Source of the DNA: a virus
Taxonomy: Duplodnaviria > Heunggongvirae > Uroviricota > Caudoviricetes
Reading direction: 5' to 3' (one strand)
IMG/VR virus record: IMGVR_UViG_2541047917_000011
DNA length: 39,086 nucleotides
Below the pieces are notes generated by a model that saw only the letters and a program-made list of their open reading frames with translations, was not told the origin of the DNA and ran no database searches. Positions 28,230 through 37,773 of the stretch are shown in pieces (positions within the stretch are counted from its first letter, which is position 1; each line of letters starts with the position of its first letter). Made by a program: the position numbers and the translations under genes.

Positions 28230-29396
28230 ATGCTGGTACTGAAGCAGCAACTGAAAGAGGCCCGTATTCCACAGGCGGTGGTGGCGAGAGCTGTCGATGT
28301 TTCTGAGGCCACGCTGGCCCAGATTGTGAATCATAACGCGTGGCCCCGCACCAGCCCCGGAGAAGTGCGCCGGCGTCTTGCGTCCTGGCTGGAAAGTCAG
28401 GGGATTGATACAACGAAGAGTTTTGATGCTGTACAGGGCGCGGCCACGCCCCGTACAGCGGGTACCACAGATAAAACGAGCCTCAGTGAGGAAGAGAATA
28501 TGTTACTCAAAAAACAGGTGTTATTTCCAGCAACCAAAAAAGCGTTTGGTCTTTTCCGTGACCCGTTCGCCGACGAAGCCATGCAGGGTTCTGATGATGT
28601 GTTCACCACCCCGGACATTCGCTACGTGCGTGAGGCGCTGTACCAGACAGCCCGTCATGGTGGGTTTATGGCCGTCATCGGTGAGTCCGGTGCGGGTAAA
28701 TCCACGCTGCGCCGCGACCTGACTGAACGTATCAACCGCGAGAATGCGCCGGTAATTGTTATCGAGCCATACATCATCGCTATGGAAGACAACGATGTGA
28801 AAGGGAAAACCCTGAAGGCAGCAGCTATTGCCGAAGCCATTATCAGTACCATCGCACCACTGGAAAGCATCAGACGCAGTCAGGACGCCCGTTTTCGCCA
28901 GTTGCATCGCGTCCTGAAAGACAGCAGCCAGGCGGGGTTCAGCCACGTTCTGGTGATTGAGGAGGCCCACAGTCTGCCCATTCCGACACTGAAACACCTC
29001 AAACGCTTTTTTGAGCTGGAGTCCGGTTTCAAAAAACTGCTGTCCATCGTGCTGATTGGCCAGCCGGAACTGGCGACAAAACTGTCTGAACGCAATATGG
29101 AAGTCCGTGAAGTCGTTCAGCGCTGTGAGGTGGTCGAACTTCTGCCTCTGGACAATAACCTTGAAGAATTTCTGACGTTCAAACTGCAACGGGCCGGTAA
29201 ACAGCTGACGGACATTATGGACGCCGGTGCAGTGGATGCCATACGTGCCCGCCTGAGCAATCCGGGAAGTCACCGTAAAAATATGGTCAGCCTGCTGTAT
29301 CCGCTGGCCGTCAGTAACCTGGTAATAGCCGCCATGAATCTGGCCGCTGAAATCGGGGTTCCACAGGTCAACGCTGACGTTGTCAAAGGGGTTTAA
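28230..29396 (+). CDS. Transposition ATPase, MuB-like AAA+ target-DNA activator
   Basis: N-terminal HTH, Walker A GESGAGKST, Walker B-like VLVIEEAH; GGAGGG RBS before ATG 28230; directly follows transposase. Confidence 0.75.
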   Translation: MLVLKQQLKEARIPQAVVARAVDVSEATLAQIVNHNAWPRTSPGEVRRRLASWLESQGIDTTKSFDAVQGAATPRTAGTTDKTSLSEEENMLLKKQVLFPATKKAFGLFRDPFADEAMQGSDDVFTTPDIRYVREALYQTARHGGFMAVIGESGAGKSTLRRDLTERINRENAPVIVIEPYIIAMEDNDVKGKTLKAAAIAEAIISTIAPLESIRRSQDARFRQLHRVLKDSSQAGFSHVLVIEEAHSLPIPTLKHLKRFFELESGFKKLLSIVLIGQPELATKLSERNMEVREVVQRCEVVELLPLDNNLEEFLTFKLQRAGKQLTDIMDAGAVDAIRARLSNPGSHRKNMVSLLYPLAVSNLVIAAMNLAAEIGVPQVNADVVKGV

Positions 29397-29398
29397 TA

Positions 29399-29668
29399 AT
29401 GAAATCCACCACAGGTATCAACCAGCAAATCAGCAAAGTGCAGTCAGCCATTATGGCGCTTAAGGCGACGAACACGGATGTACAAAGCATCACCATCAGG
29501 GGTAACAAACCTGTCATCCGCGTTTCCCGGAGTGCGCATTGCATGCGCATGCTTGAGCAGGGAAAGGCCTGTTATCTGTATACCGGACATGACCACAGGG
29601 GATATTTCCGTCAGGGCGTTTTCGAACTGCACGGCTGTCGCGTCGTGTGGCCGGAATCTTTGTGGTAA
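29399..29668 (+). CDS. Hypothetical early protein
   Basis: 89 aa ORF 3 nt after the B gene. Confidence 0.45.
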   Translation: MKSTTGINQQISKVQSAIMALKATNTDVQSITIRGNKPVIRVSRSAHCMRMLEQGKACYLYTGHDHRGYFRQGVFELHGCRVVWPESLW

Positions 29669-29695
29669 TCAGCACAACTGGAGAAATCATAAAAA

Positions 29696-30226
29696 ATGGC
29701 AAAAAGTACAAAAGGTGCAAAACGTATCAAGGCCGCAGCAGCACTCTGGGTGCCGGGGACACGTGAAGAGGTCATTGAGGGAATCAGACTACTCGGTGAC
29801 GCACAACGTGAACTGGTCAGGGCTGAAACAGAAATGAATGACGCCATTGGCGATATCACCGCACGTTATGCCCCGCTCACCGAGAGCCTGAAAAAACGCA
29901 TGGCCGAACTGCAGTCCGGTATTCAGACATGGTGTGAGGCACACCGTGATGAACTGACCGGCAACGGGAAGGTGAAGTTCGCTAACCTCACCACCGGCGA
30001 GGTGCAGTGGCGAAACCGTCCGCCATCAGTCAGTATCCGTGGGGCGGATAATGTTATTGAATTACTGAGACGTCTGGGGCTTGAGCGCTTTATTCGTGTA
30101 AAAGAGGAAATAAATAAAGACGCTATCCTGAATGAAAAAGAGGCCGTGAAAAATATTCCCGGTATTTCCATTAAAAGCGACATTGAGGATTTTTCAATAA
30201 TTCCTTTTGAGCAGGATGTGCAGTAA
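29696..30226 (+). CDS. gam: Host-nuclease inhibitor Gam (Mu Gam / Ku-like)
   Basis: 176 aa, family-typical sequence and position after A/B. Confidence 0.8.
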   Translation: MAKSTKGAKRIKAAAALWVPGTREEVIEGIRLLGDAQRELVRAETEMNDAIGDITARYAPLTESLKKRMAELQSGIQTWCEAHRDELTGNGKVKFANLTTGEVQWRNRPPSVSIRGADNVIELLRRLGLERFIRVKEEINKDAILNEKEAVKNIPGISIKSDIEDFSIIPFEQDVQ

Positions 30227-30323
30227 ACACACCACGTTAATTATTTAATAAAAACATTTTCTTTTTTATTCCGACGTCAGCGCCGCGGGCTTCTGCACGC
30301 CGGAAACAGAGGAGAATTAAATC

Positions 30324-30518
30324 ATGATATTTAAATGTATTCAGTGCGAGAGGGATATAACAGCCCTGCGTTTTCACAGCGCCATCGCCGTGATGTCCGG
30401 TAAATACCACATCCCTGCGGTACGCGTCACCCTGGTCTGCCCGTACTGCAGCCAGCATTTTTCGGCAGACGTGCCCGTCATGGAATTCTCCCGCCCTGAC
30501 AGGGAGGACTCGCAATGA
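30324..30518 (+). CDS. Small CxxC...CxxC zinc-ribbon-like protein
   Basis: 64 aa with two Cys pairs (CIQC ... CPYC); GAGGAG RBS. Confidence 0.4.
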   Translation: MIFKCIQCERDITALRFHSAIAVMSGKYHIPAVRVTLVCPYCSQHFSADVPVMEFSRPDREDSQ

Positions 30519-30787
30519 TTACCCCACAGGAAGCACGACAGCGCACCCGAACCCTTGTTGAACACTATGTCAACGAGTGTGAATGCCGCGACCTCACCGA
30601 TGTGAAGCACGTCCTGACGGCGCTAATCAGCATGACCGCTCAAGCCATTGTGGCGACCAACGGAAAGGCGGCTGCCCTGCAGGTACTGGTGAACACACTA
30701 ACCCACACGGCAGCGCATGAGGTGCCGTACCGGATGGAAACCACTGCAGAAGGCGGCCTGCACATCACCGTCAGCCGGAAGCACTGA
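30515..30787 (+). CDS. Hypothetical early protein
   Basis: 90 aa ORF, 4-nt overlap with upstream gene. Confidence 0.4.
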   Translation: MITPQEARQRTRTLVEHYVNECECRDLTDVKHVLTALISMTAQAIVATNGKAAALQVLVNTLTHTAAHEVPYRMETTAEGGLHITVSRKH

Positions 30788-30796
30788 GGGCGCGGC

Positions 30797-31093
30797 ATGA
30801 CACGGAACACCATACTCACCCGCACCGCCCTCTACCGTCTGGCCCTGCAGCGTTTCGGGCCGGACGCACAGGCCCTGAAACTGACAGAAGAGGCCGCTGA
30901 ACTGGCGGCCAGTGCTGCCCGCAATCTGAACGGACAGGGCAGCGAAAGCGACCTCGCGGCAGAGCTGGCAGACGTGGAAATCATGACAGAGCAATTGCGC
31001 CTTCAGGGGATGGACCGGCTGATTGACTTCCACAAACAGAAAAAACTGGAACGTCTGGCTGCACGACTGGGCGTGATTTACACGAACGAGTAA
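30797..31093 (+). CDS. MazG-like nucleotide pyrophosphohydrolase domain protein
   Basis: 98 aa with EEAAELA and AELADVEIM motifs typical of all-alpha NTP-PPase (MazG) fold. Confidence 0.5.
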   Translation: MTRNTILTRTALYRLALQRFGPDAQALKLTEEAAELAASAARNLNGQGSESDLAAELADVEIMTEQLRLQGMDRLIDFHKQKKLERLAARLGVIYTNE

Positions 31094-31107
31094 CCGGGAG
31101 GCATTCA

Positions 31108-31323
31108 ATGGCTGACATACTCAGGGAAATCACCGCATGGATACTGATTCTTACTGGCCTGGCGACATGCCTCAGTGCGGGGGCAGCCCTGGCTGCCCTG
31201 CTGATGCACATAACAACACAGTGGTTATGGGAAAAGCTTAAAGCAGCATACAGCCTGAAAGAGCTGTCCGACGCTGTCCGGGCATGGAAACGGCAGAAAA
31301 ATACCGGAGATACAGAACAATGA
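31108..31323 (+). CDS. Small membrane protein
   Basis: 71 aa, one hydrophobic helix. Confidence 0.35.
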   Translation: MADILREITAWILILTGLATCLSAGAALAALLMHITTQWLWEKLKAAYSLKELSDAVRAWKRQKNTGDTEQ

Positions 31324-32003
31324 CAGACCAGAATAAACACATTGAGAAACTGAAAAAGTTGCTGGCGCTGGCCGCATCCGGCAACCCGCACGAGGCCGCT
31401 CTGGCACTGCGCCGAGCCCGTAAACTGATGGATGTTCACGGCATCACACATTCCGACATTGCTATGAGTGATATTGATGAAACCATCAGTCACTACTGGC
31501 CGACAGGCAGTCTCCGTCCACCGCGCTACATGCTGGGCCTGATGAACATCATCCGCGAGGTATTTGGTGTTAACTCCATCATTCACCCCGGCACGCATCC
31601 GTCTGTGGGGTTCTACGGCAACCGGGAACGTGCGGCACTGGCTGCATACACCTGGGAAGTGCTGGCCCGTCAGCTGAAAAAGGCGCGTCAGCAGTATATC
31701 AGTGCACAGAACAAAAGAATAAAAACCGCCACCCGCACCAGCCGTGGAGACCAGTTTGCCGAAGGCTGGGTGCTGGCCGTTATCAGTGAAATACAGTCCT
31801 TTGCCCTGACCGATGATGAGCGTGAACTGATGCAGCAGTGGCTGGAACATAAATACCCGCAGACGCAAACCACCAGGGCGCGTAAACCGGGAAGAAGCCG
31901 CAATGGCGACGCCTCGCGCTATGCGGGGTTTCGTGAAGGGCAGAACGTCAGACTGCACCGCCCGGTCAGTGGGCAGGAACAACAGAAACTGGAGGCCAGA
32001 TGA
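31320..32003 (+). CDS. Hypothetical early protein
   Basis: Start chosen at ATG 31320 overlapping upstream stop (ATGA). Confidence 0.45.
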   Translation: MTDQNKHIEKLKKLLALAASGNPHEAALALRRARKLMDVHGITHSDIAMSDIDETISHYWPTGSLRPPRYMLGLMNIIREVFGVNSIIHPGTHPSVGFYGNRERAALAAYTWEVLARQLKKARQQYISAQNKRIKTATRTSRGDQFAEGWVLAVISEIQSFALTDDERELMQQWLEHKYPQTQTTRARKPGRSRNGDASRYAGFREGQNVRLHRPVSGQEQQKLEAR

Positions 32004-32219
32004 TTACGCTATCAGGTAAAAGCCGGAAATTAAAAGCCTGCCGAATATCTGCCAGATACCTTTTTGCCCGCGCCTTTTTTAAGAACGTCAGGCCGGGGAT
32101 CACAATTGGTGTTATTGCCGGACGCGAACAGGTTGAAAAATACATGTCAGGTGCATGGTGGAATAACGACCCTGTCATTGCTGCCCGTAATATTCATATC
32201 GAATGGGGAGGTATTCAGA

Positions 32220-32426
32220 ATGACTACTGAAACCATTGTCTGTTTTCTTTTCTGGTATATGTACGCAGGATCATGCAGCGCAAGACTTCATCGTTCCCTG
32301 GGCTATGGCAGGCACTACGACACCGCGCATTACATCCTGTACATGACCGCCGTCATGTTGTTCTGGCCAGTCACCCTGCCAGCTGCAACCGACATTGTTG
32401 CCGACAGACTGAAAAAAAGGAGATGA
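32220..32426 (+). CDS. Small membrane protein
   Basis: 68 aa, GGGGAGG RBS before ATG 32220, two hydrophobic helices. Confidence 0.35.
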   Translation: MTTETIVCFLFWYMYAGSCSARLHRSLGYGRHYDTAHYILYMTAVMLFWPVTLPAATDIVADRLKKRR

Positions 32427-32427
32427 T

Positions 32428-32877
32428 ATGCAGAAAAAACGCCTGATACAGCTTATCCATATTGCCCGTAATGAACTGGGTATGGATGAAGACACCTACC
32501 GCCAGATGTTACAGGGGCTGACCGGTAAAGCCTCAACCAAAGGAATGGATACCACACAACTAAACTGCGTGCTGGAATCCATGAAAAAGAAAGGCTTTCG
32601 CGTTAAACCAGCCAGAAAAGCCAGCTCCGGTTTACCGCTGGATAACCATCCGCAGTCCAGGAAAATTCGTGCGCTATGGCTTGAAATGGCTGCTGCCGGC
32701 ATTGTTCGTGACCGTTCAGAAAATGCATTAGCGAGGTGGATCAAGCGGGAAACGGGCATCAGCGCCCTGCGCTGGCTCAGTACTGAACAGGCAAGCAGTG
32801 TTATTGAGAAACTGAAGAAGTGGCAGCGCAGAGCTGCGGGAGTCAAACATGAGCGACCTGAATCAGTTTCGAAGTAA
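32428..32877 (+). CDS. GemA-like regulatory protein (Mu gp16, DUF1018 type)
   Basis: 149 aa, family-typical sequence and position just before Mor. Confidence 0.7.
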   Translation: MQKKRLIQLIHIARNELGMDEDTYRQMLQGLTGKASTKGMDTTQLNCVLESMKKKGFRVKPARKASSGLPLDNHPQSRKIRALWLEMAAAGIVRDRSENALARWIKRETGISALRWLSTEQASSVIEKLKKWQRRAAGVKHERPESVSK

Positions 32878-33238
32878 GGGGCCGGAACTCCTGGTGGAAC
32901 TGGCACAGCATACCTCTGAGACCGTTCGCGAGATTATTGATATTGAGCCCGAAGTTGCCGACCAGATTGGTCAGGCCGTCGCGAACCGAATGATGCAGGT
33001 CTGGGGCGGGCAAAACGTTTATTTCCCGATGGGCATGGTATGGAAGGTCAGTCAGCGCGACCGGGAAATCTTCAGGGAGTTTAACGGACGCAACCACCAC
33101 GAACTGGCCCGCAAATTTGGTGTTTCGCTTCAGTGGGTCTACAGCGTGGTTAAGCGGGTAAGAAAAGAAGAACTGGATCGGATGCAGGGCAAGCTATTTG
33201 CTGATGAACCCGATGCAGATACGGAGAAAAAAGAGTAA
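32849..33238 (+). CDS. mor: Mor/C-family transcriptional activator
   Basis: 129 aa with the C-terminal HTH typical of Mu Mor/C; last gene of the early arm. Confidence 0.75.
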   Translation: MSDLNQFRSKGPELLVELAQHTSETVREIIDIEPEVADQIGQAVANRMMQVWGGQNVYFPMGMVWKVSQRDREIFREFNGRNHHELARKFGVSLQWVYSVVKRVRKEELDRMQGKLFADEPDADTEKKE

Positions 33239-33267
33239 TATCTGCAATCAGGCTGGCGCGAGTTCTG

Positions 33268-33324
<57 letters not shown>

Positions 33325-33325
33325 A

Positions 33326-33705
<380 letters not shown>

Positions 33706-33893
33706 AAGTCGTTCCCTCAGGAAGAAGTGATGAGTGACATTTTTCACAGCATCCAAACAATTCTATTTCATCGTTAGCCCTTGTCCTGTAAGGCAATTGC
33801 CTTAACACGCCCGCTATTCATCCTGCCGAACGTAACCGAACGCGCCGGATACATGAGCGGGGTTATCGAGTCGTTAGATCGAGGTATCCGGTT

Positions 33894-35099
33894 TTGAGCA
33901 AGACACCACTGACAGCAAAGGCCATAGACGCCGCACAACCAAAGGACAAGCAATACAAACTCACCGATTCACTGACGCCCGGCCTGTTTTTGCTGGTGCA
34001 TCCCAACGGATCAAAGTATTGGCGATTCAGGTTCTGGATGGACAAAAAAGAGTATTTGCAGGCTATTGGAGTGTACCCGCTAATCAGCCTCAAGGAAGCC
34101 CGTAAACGCGCTACAGAGAGCCGATCTCTGATTGCTAATGGAATTAATCCAGTGGAAGAAGCACGCAAGGAAAAAGCCATTGATGCGCTCAACATGGCGG
34201 CAGGTTTTAAGACGGTAGCGGAGGACTGGCTGGCTACCAGGGTCAGCGGGTGGTCAGAGTCCTACACGAAACAGGTTAGATCGGCACTGGAAAAAGATGT
34301 TTACCCCGTGCTGGGGAAGCGGTCAATTGTCGATATAACGGCCCGTGACGTGCTGGCATTGCTTCAGAAGAAAGAGCGTACCGCACCGGAACAAGCCAGG
34401 AAGCTACGCCAGCGTATCGGGGAGATCTTCAAATTTGCCGTTATCACCGAACTGGTTAACCGAAATCCGGTTGCAGATCTGGACTCGGCCCTGAAAGCCC
34501 GCCGACCAGGTCACAATGCATGGCTGCAAATTAGTGAAATTCCGCCCTTCTACAAAGCCCTTGAGAGAGCCGGGAGCGTTCAGATTCAGACGGCAATACG
34601 TTTGCTTATATTAACGGCATTAAGGACCGCAGAACTGCGTTTAATGCGCTGGGAATGGGTAGATCTGGAGTCAGCAACAATCACCCTACCCGCTGAAGTC
34701 ATGAAGGCCCGCCGACCGCACGTAGTCCCGTTATCCCGGCAGGCGGTCGAGCTATTACAGGACCAGTTTACCCGCAGCGGATACAGTGCTTTCGTCTTTC
34801 CGGGTCGATTCATGGATAAGCCATTGTCAGCCAGTGCGATACTGAAGGCGCTTGAGAGGATCGGCTATAAAGCCCTTGTCACTGGTCACGGATGGCGCAC
34901 AACATTCAGCACCGCACTTAACGAGTCCGGCAGGTACTCACCAGACTGGATCGAGATACAACTGGCCCACGTTCCAAAGGGAATCAGGGGAGTTTACAAT
35001 CAGGCGGCCTACCTGAAGCAACGACGAGCAATGATGCAATCGTACGCGGACGCCATTGATTCAATACTGGCTGGTGACGGCAATCCGCTGGAACCGTGA
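33894..35099 (+). CDS. intZ: Tyrosine site-specific integrase, P4 family
   Basis: 401 aa; N-terminal DUF4102-like arm domain, C-terminal HxxR and catalytic Tyr; TTG start; symbol assigned from genomic context, not from a search. Confidence 0.85.
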   Translation: MSKTPLTAKAIDAAQPKDKQYKLTDSLTPGLFLLVHPNGSKYWRFRFWMDKKEYLQAIGVYPLISLKEARKRATESRSLIANGINPVEEARKEKAIDALNMAAGFKTVAEDWLATRVSGWSESYTKQVRSALEKDVYPVLGKRSIVDITARDVLALLQKKERTAPEQARKLRQRIGEIFKFAVITELVNRNPVADLDSALKARRPGHNAWLQISEIPPFYKALERAGSVQIQTAIRLLILTALRTAELRLMRWEWVDLESATITLPAEVMKARRPHVVPLSRQAVELLQDQFTRSGYSAFVFPGRFMDKPLSASAILKALERIGYKALVTGHGWRTTFSTALNESGRYSPDWIEIQLAHVPKGIRGVYNQAAYLKQRRAMMQSYADAIDSILAGDGNPLEP

Positions 35100-35345
35100 A
35101 CTATAAGGCCGGATTCGTCCGGCTTTTCTTTCGCCTTACTGGTATAAAAGGTTAACAGGTTACACAACCTATCACTATTTTATCCTGTTATCCTTTTATA
35201 CAGCTATACCAATAAAATCAATGATTAAGCCAAGTTTGTAATAAAAAATCCGGGGATCGAAAATAGGATCAACGCAACAAAAAGCCCGGAAGGCCGCTAA
35301 CCAATCCGGGCGATATGGGAAACAAGTAAAAAGGAGAAATCCCAC

Positions 35346-36119
35346 ATGAATATTTTACCAACCGCCTACGCCCCACGGCAAGGCGAATCACTCGGTAAAC
35401 ACAGCCTTCAGAAAATCGACGCGATCCCGGAAGAAGTACGGAGCGCCATTGATGATGGCCTGAATGATATCCGCTTTAATGGTTATCGCTGGGAATGCAA
35501 CGCCAAAACAGGCTGGGCGCGTGTATCACCGATTTCATCACCTGCCGATGCAGAACCTGAATCACCAGAACAAAGCCAGGCAAACGCCCGCGCTGACTTC
35601 CTGGCGTTACAAGGTGAGTATTTATCAGTCACGCAGGAAACTAAAAGCGAGAAGAAATCAGCTACTGATATCGTGAACGAGCTACGCAGTAAGGCCGCTA
35701 AAACTTCGCAGACAGCACCACAGCAGGAAGCGCCGGAAGAACCGGAACAAGCGGAAGCCATGCAGGATAAAGAGACACAATACCAAACGGAAGAAAAAGG
35801 AATTTATTGCAGCTATGTCTGTTTGGGTGCGGCACGTAAGGCATTTGTCAGAAGTGGTTGCGAGAATAAAGCTAAAGCTACAGCCTGGAGCGTATTATCC
35901 AGCATTGCATCAGCAGCAAGAAAGCAGAATGATGGATCTTATGTATCTGAAGTTTGCCAGGCAAAAATAGCTGATGAATGGGGCATGAATCGCCGCACCG
36001 TAATTCGCCAGATGAAAATCCTGGTTGAGTTAGGACTCATTGAGCCATACGGGGAATATGTTATTGGTCAGCACGCAAGAAAATACAGAATGCTTTTTCA
36101 GGTCGAGAACGCAAGATAA
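35346..36119 (+). CDS. Winged-helix DNA-binding protein, candidate iteron-binding replication initiator
   Basis: 257 aa, acidic linker, C-terminal HTH (IADEWGMNRRTVIRQMKILVELGLIE); four iterons begin 65 bp downstream. Confidence 0.45.
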   Translation: MNILPTAYAPRQGESLGKHSLQKIDAIPEEVRSAIDDGLNDIRFNGYRWECNAKTGWARVSPISSPADAEPESPEQSQANARADFLALQGEYLSVTQETKSEKKSATDIVNELRSKAAKTSQTAPQQEAPEEPEQAEAMQDKETQYQTEEKGIYCSYVCLGAARKAFVRSGCENKAKATAWSVLSSIASAARKQNDGSYVSEVCQAKIADEWGMNRRTVIRQMKILVELGLIEPYGEYVIGQHARKYRMLFQVENAR

Positions 36120-36137
36120 CGACTAAAACGCATCAGT

Positions 36138-36167
36138 GGGTCACCTAAAATTGTGGCCCTTTTTATT
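36138..36167 (+). terminator. Intrinsic terminator after rep-like gene
   Basis: Stem GGGTCAC / GTGGCCC (one G-U pair), 8-nt loop, followed by TTTTTATT. Confidence 0.5.
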
Positions 36168-36183
36168 ACTTAAACCATCAACA

Positions 36184-36293
36184 GACGTGTGACATTTGGG
36201 ACACAGGTACGTGTGACATTTGGGATACAGGTCAGAGGGTGACGTGTGACATTTGGGATACAGGTCAGGCCATGACGTGTGACATTTGGGGCA
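36184..36293. repeat. Four direct iterons ACGTGTGACATTTGGG(A/G)YAC..., spacing 24/33/33 bp
   Basis: Core TGTGACATTTGGG found at 36188, 36212, 36245 and 36278. Confidence 0.8.
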
Positions 36294-37201
36294 CACATAG
36301 TATGAGATCTGTATATTCCTTTTTTCTTTTTAAGAGAAAGTAAGAGGCGCGCATTTTAAATGAACACAAACAAGCAACAAGCCCAGCGGACCTTCGGAAG
36401 ACTTCGAGCAATCGCCAGCTCAAAAGACGGTCTGGCAGTGATGGTTATCATCGACAGCTTTCTGAGCTACCGCACAGACACACAGCAGCAGTAAGCAAAC
36501 CGAATGGAAAGCAAAGCGCAAAAAACTCACTCACTGTAAAGCCGATGGGTTTTATCGCGTATACAGACCAGACAGGAAACAGCAGCAAAGCAGCGTATAG
36601 CCAGGTGCAGACAGTACCATCACACGACGCACAGCAGGCTGAGGTGACCACTCAAGCAAGTTTATCCCCGCCGCCGACCACCGCAAACCATCCTGATAGT
36701 GCCAAATTCGAACGGAGTGCTACCTTAAACGCGATTAACACACATAAGCGCTACACTTGCTTACCTGAAAACTTCACAGCGTCACAGCGCGTTTTAGACA
36801 CGTTAAAATCGATGCGATTTCATTAATTTTTCAGCCATCCAGAAATCGGCTTCATATCAAGCCGATTCATCAGCGCGGCGTCCTGCATTGCAGGTTATCG
36901 AAAGAATCAATAACTTTCGCCAATGGCGAAAGTTAAACAATCAATAAAGTCCAGAGTTGGACTATTCACCCAAATTTGGGGCAATGAAATCACACAGATC
37001 CTGCCAGGCTATTCCATCCACCACACAGAACGCTGAGATCTGATATTACCGCCGCACCATTCCACGCCAGACGAATCAAAACAGGCTTACCCTTCCAAGT
37101 GGATAGCTAAAAATTAAGGCTGTCAGAATGCGTTATATTGCGTTTAAACGGCATCGAATTTTAATGTGCGCAATGGTGCCAGATTACAGGCAAAAAAAAT
37201 C

Positions 37202-37230
37202 CCGCCGGAGAAAGCGGGGAAGTGAAATGA
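37202..37230 (-). terminator. Strong rho-independent terminator on minus strand
   Basis: Minus strand reads CCCGC-tttctccg-GCGGG followed by eight T. Confidence 0.6.
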
Positions 37231-37452
37231 ATCGTTGTAGTTATAGATCACATTTTGAGTAAGGGTAACCAGCCCTTGAGTAATATTATCCCTGCATTAC
37301 GTGAGATGCGCAATTATTTTTTGCTAATTAAAAGTTTTGTAAACATTACAGAATCTCCCCTTTCACTATATGGTAAAAGATGTGAAACAGGGACAGGAGG
37401 AATATAATATTAAGTATCAACAGTAATGTTGGCCTTTAATTTTATTCAGGGC

Positions 37453-37495
37453 GCGGTGAGGGTTTTCTCCATATTTTCCTCACCGCTACTTTTTG
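37453..37495 (+). terminator. Hairpin plus T-tract immediately upstream of alpA RBS
   Basis: Perfect 9-bp stem GCGGTGAGG / CCTCACCGC with 16-nt loop, then TACTTTTT. Confidence 0.45.
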
Positions 37496-37505
37496 AGGTG
37501 AGAAC

Positions 37506-37697
37506 ATGAATGATAGCGAATTAATGACGGTTAACGAGGTAGCAGCTTTATTCGGCGTTACCCGTCGGACAATATTCCGGTGGATGAACAAGATTAAAGG
37601 CTGGCCCGTCCCGGTCAGTCCGATTGGCTCAAGAATTAAGTTTATCCGATCTGAGATTTTGGAATTCTATAAAAACAAAGGCGCTCGCCACCAATGA
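37506..37697 (+). CDS. alpA: AlpA-family phage/island transcriptional regulator (excisionase-like HTH)
   Basis: 63 aa; MTVNEVAALFGVTRRTIFRWM motif typical of AlpA; GAGGTGA RBS. Confidence 0.75.
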   Translation: MNDSELMTVNEVAALFGVTRRTIFRWMNKIKGWPVPVSPIGSRIKFIRSEILEFYKNKGARHQ

Positions 37698-37773
37698 AAA
37701 CAGCTACTGAGATTATCAAATAACCTATTGATTTAAAAAGCTAGCTACCGCAATTTCTGAAGGAATAGGCAGC

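Noticed and set aside
26399-29273. Minus-strand ORFs (26399-26914, 27614-28099, 28521-29273) antisense to the transposase and B genes
   Set aside because: Overlap confidently assigned plus-strand genes; compositions typical of antisense frames.
32000-32230. 76-aa ORF overlapping the 3' end of the 31320-32003 gene and the start of the small membrane gene
   Set aside because: Overlaps two better-supported ORFs; the downstream small gene starting at 32220 with a GGGGAGG RBS was preferred.
33757-33893. tRNA or tmRNA 3' end upstream of the P4-family integrase (usual att site)
   Set aside because: No T-loop-like GTTCGA(A/T)TCC or acceptor-stem signature seen by eye; the neighbour is the eutB start, so the island appears not to be tRNA-associated. 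A tRNA scan was not run.
36184-36293. Possible mini CRISPR array (four direct repeats with unique spacers)
   Set aside because: Only four 24-bp units with 0-9 bp between them, no cas genes, and they follow a rep-like DNA-binding gene; iterons are the better explanation.
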